From assembly GCF_902459465.1 (NCBI RefSeq), contig NC_047080.1, forward strand, positions 12,276,001 through 12,340,000: 64,000 nt of DNA. Reading direction: 5' to 3'. Shown piece by piece: positions 61,701 through 64,000 of the stretch. Under the pieces are notes generated by a model, which saw only the letters and a program-made list of their open reading frames with translations, was not told where the DNA came from and did no database searches. A program made the position numbers and the translations under genes. Source of the stretch: Asterias rubens (taxonomy: Eukaryota). Position 1 is the first letter of the stretch. The number at the start of each line of letters is the position of its first letter.

Positions 61701-63823
61701 AATTGGCAAAAGAAGGATTCAGTATTAGTTGATGAATTGGCTTACAACTTATTGAGTCAAATCGTCTGTTGGTTGTCCCCACGCAATGTTGAAATTGGTC
61801 TGGTTATCAATTGGATGAATGTAGGCCCTCGCTGATAAATCAATTTGCAAAATGTCAGATGTGTACAAATGTAGTCTGTAGATGCATTTGTATAGCTTGG
61901 TATAGTGTATCTGTGCTGTGGTCATCATGTAGCCAGTGATTAATCAGAGGTATTTTACTGTGAAAGCGAACAGCATCATGCATTTATGAGCACAAGTTTT
62001 TATGAGCTTGATATATATGCACTAATTGGTAAAGTTATTGTTATCCACAGCCGTAAACCGTCCTTATTTCTGAGAATTCATAATATTTATGTAAATTGTA
62101 AAATACAAATGCAGATATCATCATAACAGCAATACATGTATATTAATTTTGAGCTCAACAATTTTTTTTTTACTGGAGCAGGATTTGAACCTGCGACCTC
62201 TGAATAAATCATGTGCTGATGTTCTACCAACTTAGGAGATTGACTGTGTTTAGTTACAAGTACTTGTGGTTCCCTTAGCACTAGTAGTGTATGTATCCTG
62301 GGCAAGGGGGAGGGGCATCGCAGGGAAAAGGGGAGGAGCATCTCAGGGATAGGGAAAGACCTTTTTTTTTATTAATAAAAAGGAATGGTAGTATATACAC
62401 AAATTGTATGTTGATTTGTCATTTCCTTTGTGCAACTTAGGTGTCTTTCTTTACATATACTGTACGTGCACATAGAGCCTAACTATGATTATTATTAATA
62501 TTACTGTTATTATTCTTATTATTAATACAGGTGCTGAAATCAGTCAAGAAGCTTGTGCTTTATGTCAAGTCAGTTGGCCGAGTACCAGGTTCTTTTGTCT
62601 CCCACCAGACCTACACCTGGGTAGACCCCCAGGGGCGCAGTGTCTCGCCCCCTCCTGATGTTGACCTGATGGGGCGAAGGATGACGGAATCATTAGGGAG
62701 GAAAAGCGGGCTGAACCTCCTCAAAGATGGGGATGAAAAGAAGGTCAGTCCTGCACTGGTTATTAACAAAACCTATTACTGAAAACTCAAAGGACTGAAA
62801 AGTGAAAAATTGTGGGTTTTTGGGGGCGAGGGGAGGGGGTGCGGAGAGGTCTAACCTCTTTGCCTTTGCAGGTACAGATTTTCACCTTTAATAGGACTGT
62901 GTATTTTTCTTTTTGCAAGGGACACATCTACAAGCCTATGACAATCCTGAAGTCCATGGGAAACATTCATAGCGGCAATACCTGGGCAACAGAAGCCATG
63001 ACCTGAATGGCTACTGCACAGTTCCAAAGTCTGCCGCTAGTTTTTTGTACCAAGAAAAGTGATGGATAATTATACAGGCCTGTATGCTTCGTTTTTGAAA
63101 GGGCAAGGGTACCAAAGCATTTTCTCCTTGGTAAAGGGCTACTTACTTGAGAAAATTGTGAATTTCTACAGGAGCATTTCAAGGGCACTTAGGCAATGAC
63201 CACGGGGCATGGAGGCGATTACCTTTGTTGAATTGCCTCTGTGAAGTATCAGGCCTGATAAATAAACATATACCCCCATCAAAGTGCAATAACCAAGAAT
63301 GATGTGCATGCCCAATAATCAGCACGTTTACAATTAGCTCCACTAGGACTCCTCAAGGTTAAAGGTATTCCAGGTGGTCTGTGTTTAATTATCATATTTG
63401 TTCCACTTCGCTGCTCTTCCATTTTCTCTCAGCGAGTATTATAATACGATTAAAGATGAGGTACATGTATTGTTATTCTTGGTTAATTGTCCCATGGAAT
63501 ACTATCTGTCATGGCGCAGGAGGCAATTCATAAGCACGTCACGTGGGGGTGTTTAAATAGTTGATAATGACCAGGTACCCTTTTATTCCCTTATTACAGT
63601 GATAACTAATCCATGCCTAAACCATTAAGGGAAAGATAGAATGCTAAAATTTATCATTTAGATTGTTTTTTCTTTTTTTTCTTGTGGATTTGATCAGGTG
63701 AACCTTGTAGTAGATGATGGTGAGAGTCTTGGGTTGATGATCAGAGGAGGTCGTGAATTCAGTCTGGGTATTTATATTACTGGAATCGACGCCTTCTCTG
63801 TAGCAGAACAAGCTGAGCTCAAG
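55791..63823 (+). CDS. WHRN: Whirlin (DFNB31), 3'-partial: harmonin-homology domain, PDZ1 and start of PDZ2
   Basis: Exons 55791-56534, 62531-62743, 63698-63823, all phase 0. Motifs LGFSIRGGSEHSVGIFVS (PDZ1), the whirlin-specific linker YTWVDPQGRSVSPP, and DEKKVNLVVDDGESLGLMIRGG (PDZ2). The ORF-track tail beyond 56534 is intron read-through. Confidence 0.95.
56559..56572. promoter_or_regulatory. RFX X-box motif GTTGTCATGGAAAC, 25 bp into WHRN intron 1
   Basis: Full match to the X-box consensus GTHNYY-AT-RRNAAC. Function is not shown. Confidence 0.45.
61199..61390. repeat. About 93-bp tandem duplication in WHRN intron 1
   Basis: tacatgtacattgtatctgtggcactagc...ttacttgcttacccc occurs at 61199 and 61292. 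Confidence 0.9.
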
Positions 63824-64000
63824 GTAGGAATTGCAATGATTGTACATTGAAATTTTACTCCAAAACCCAATAAAGTCTCATTCTTTAAGTTAAAATTGTT
63901 TATTCATTTTGGTTTGACCCATACACACCGATGTGTATTAGTACTGTATACTCAGTACTTTCATGAGTTTGTGAAAAAAAACAGGCATATTACTCTGGTG

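Overview
Intron-rich, AT-rich animal genomic DNA. The gene content and repeat landscape suggest an invertebrate deuterostome, probably an echinoderm such as a sea star; this is inference and was not checked by any search. By stitching GT-AG exons by hand and checking that reading phases agree, I find six protein-coding genes: (1) the 3' part of RB1CC1/FIP200/Atg17 (+, 1-10800); (2) a single-coding-exon, single-pass membrane protein resembling KCNE/SMIM34 (+, 15532-15975); (3) a protein of about 565 aa with a low-complexity SYGQ/RGG N-terminus and one C-terminal matrin-type zinc finger, CIZ1-like (-, 21387-27194); (4) a MAPEG-family MGST1/PTGES-like enzyme (+, 27868-30242); (5) AKNA, about 1700 aa in 13 coding exons (-, 33428-44822); (6) the first three exons of whirlin WHRN/DFNB31 (+, 55791 to beyond 63823). 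Introns and intergenic DNA are full of short non-autonomous DNA transposons (CWG-, TTAA-, TA- and 8-bp-TSD types), tRNA-derived SINEs and tandem repeats, including a 19 x 48 bp minisatellite and a 7 x 116 bp array. There is no CRISPR array, rRNA or convincing tRNA gene, and most short ORFs in the supplied track are spurious. The most notable observations are the AKNA-WHRN neighbourhood (also adjacent in human, but head-to-head here, with X-box motifs), the FET-like matrin zinc-finger protein, the KCNE-like gene and the hairpin-built 48-bp satellite. I found no clear-cut novel system; these are leads.
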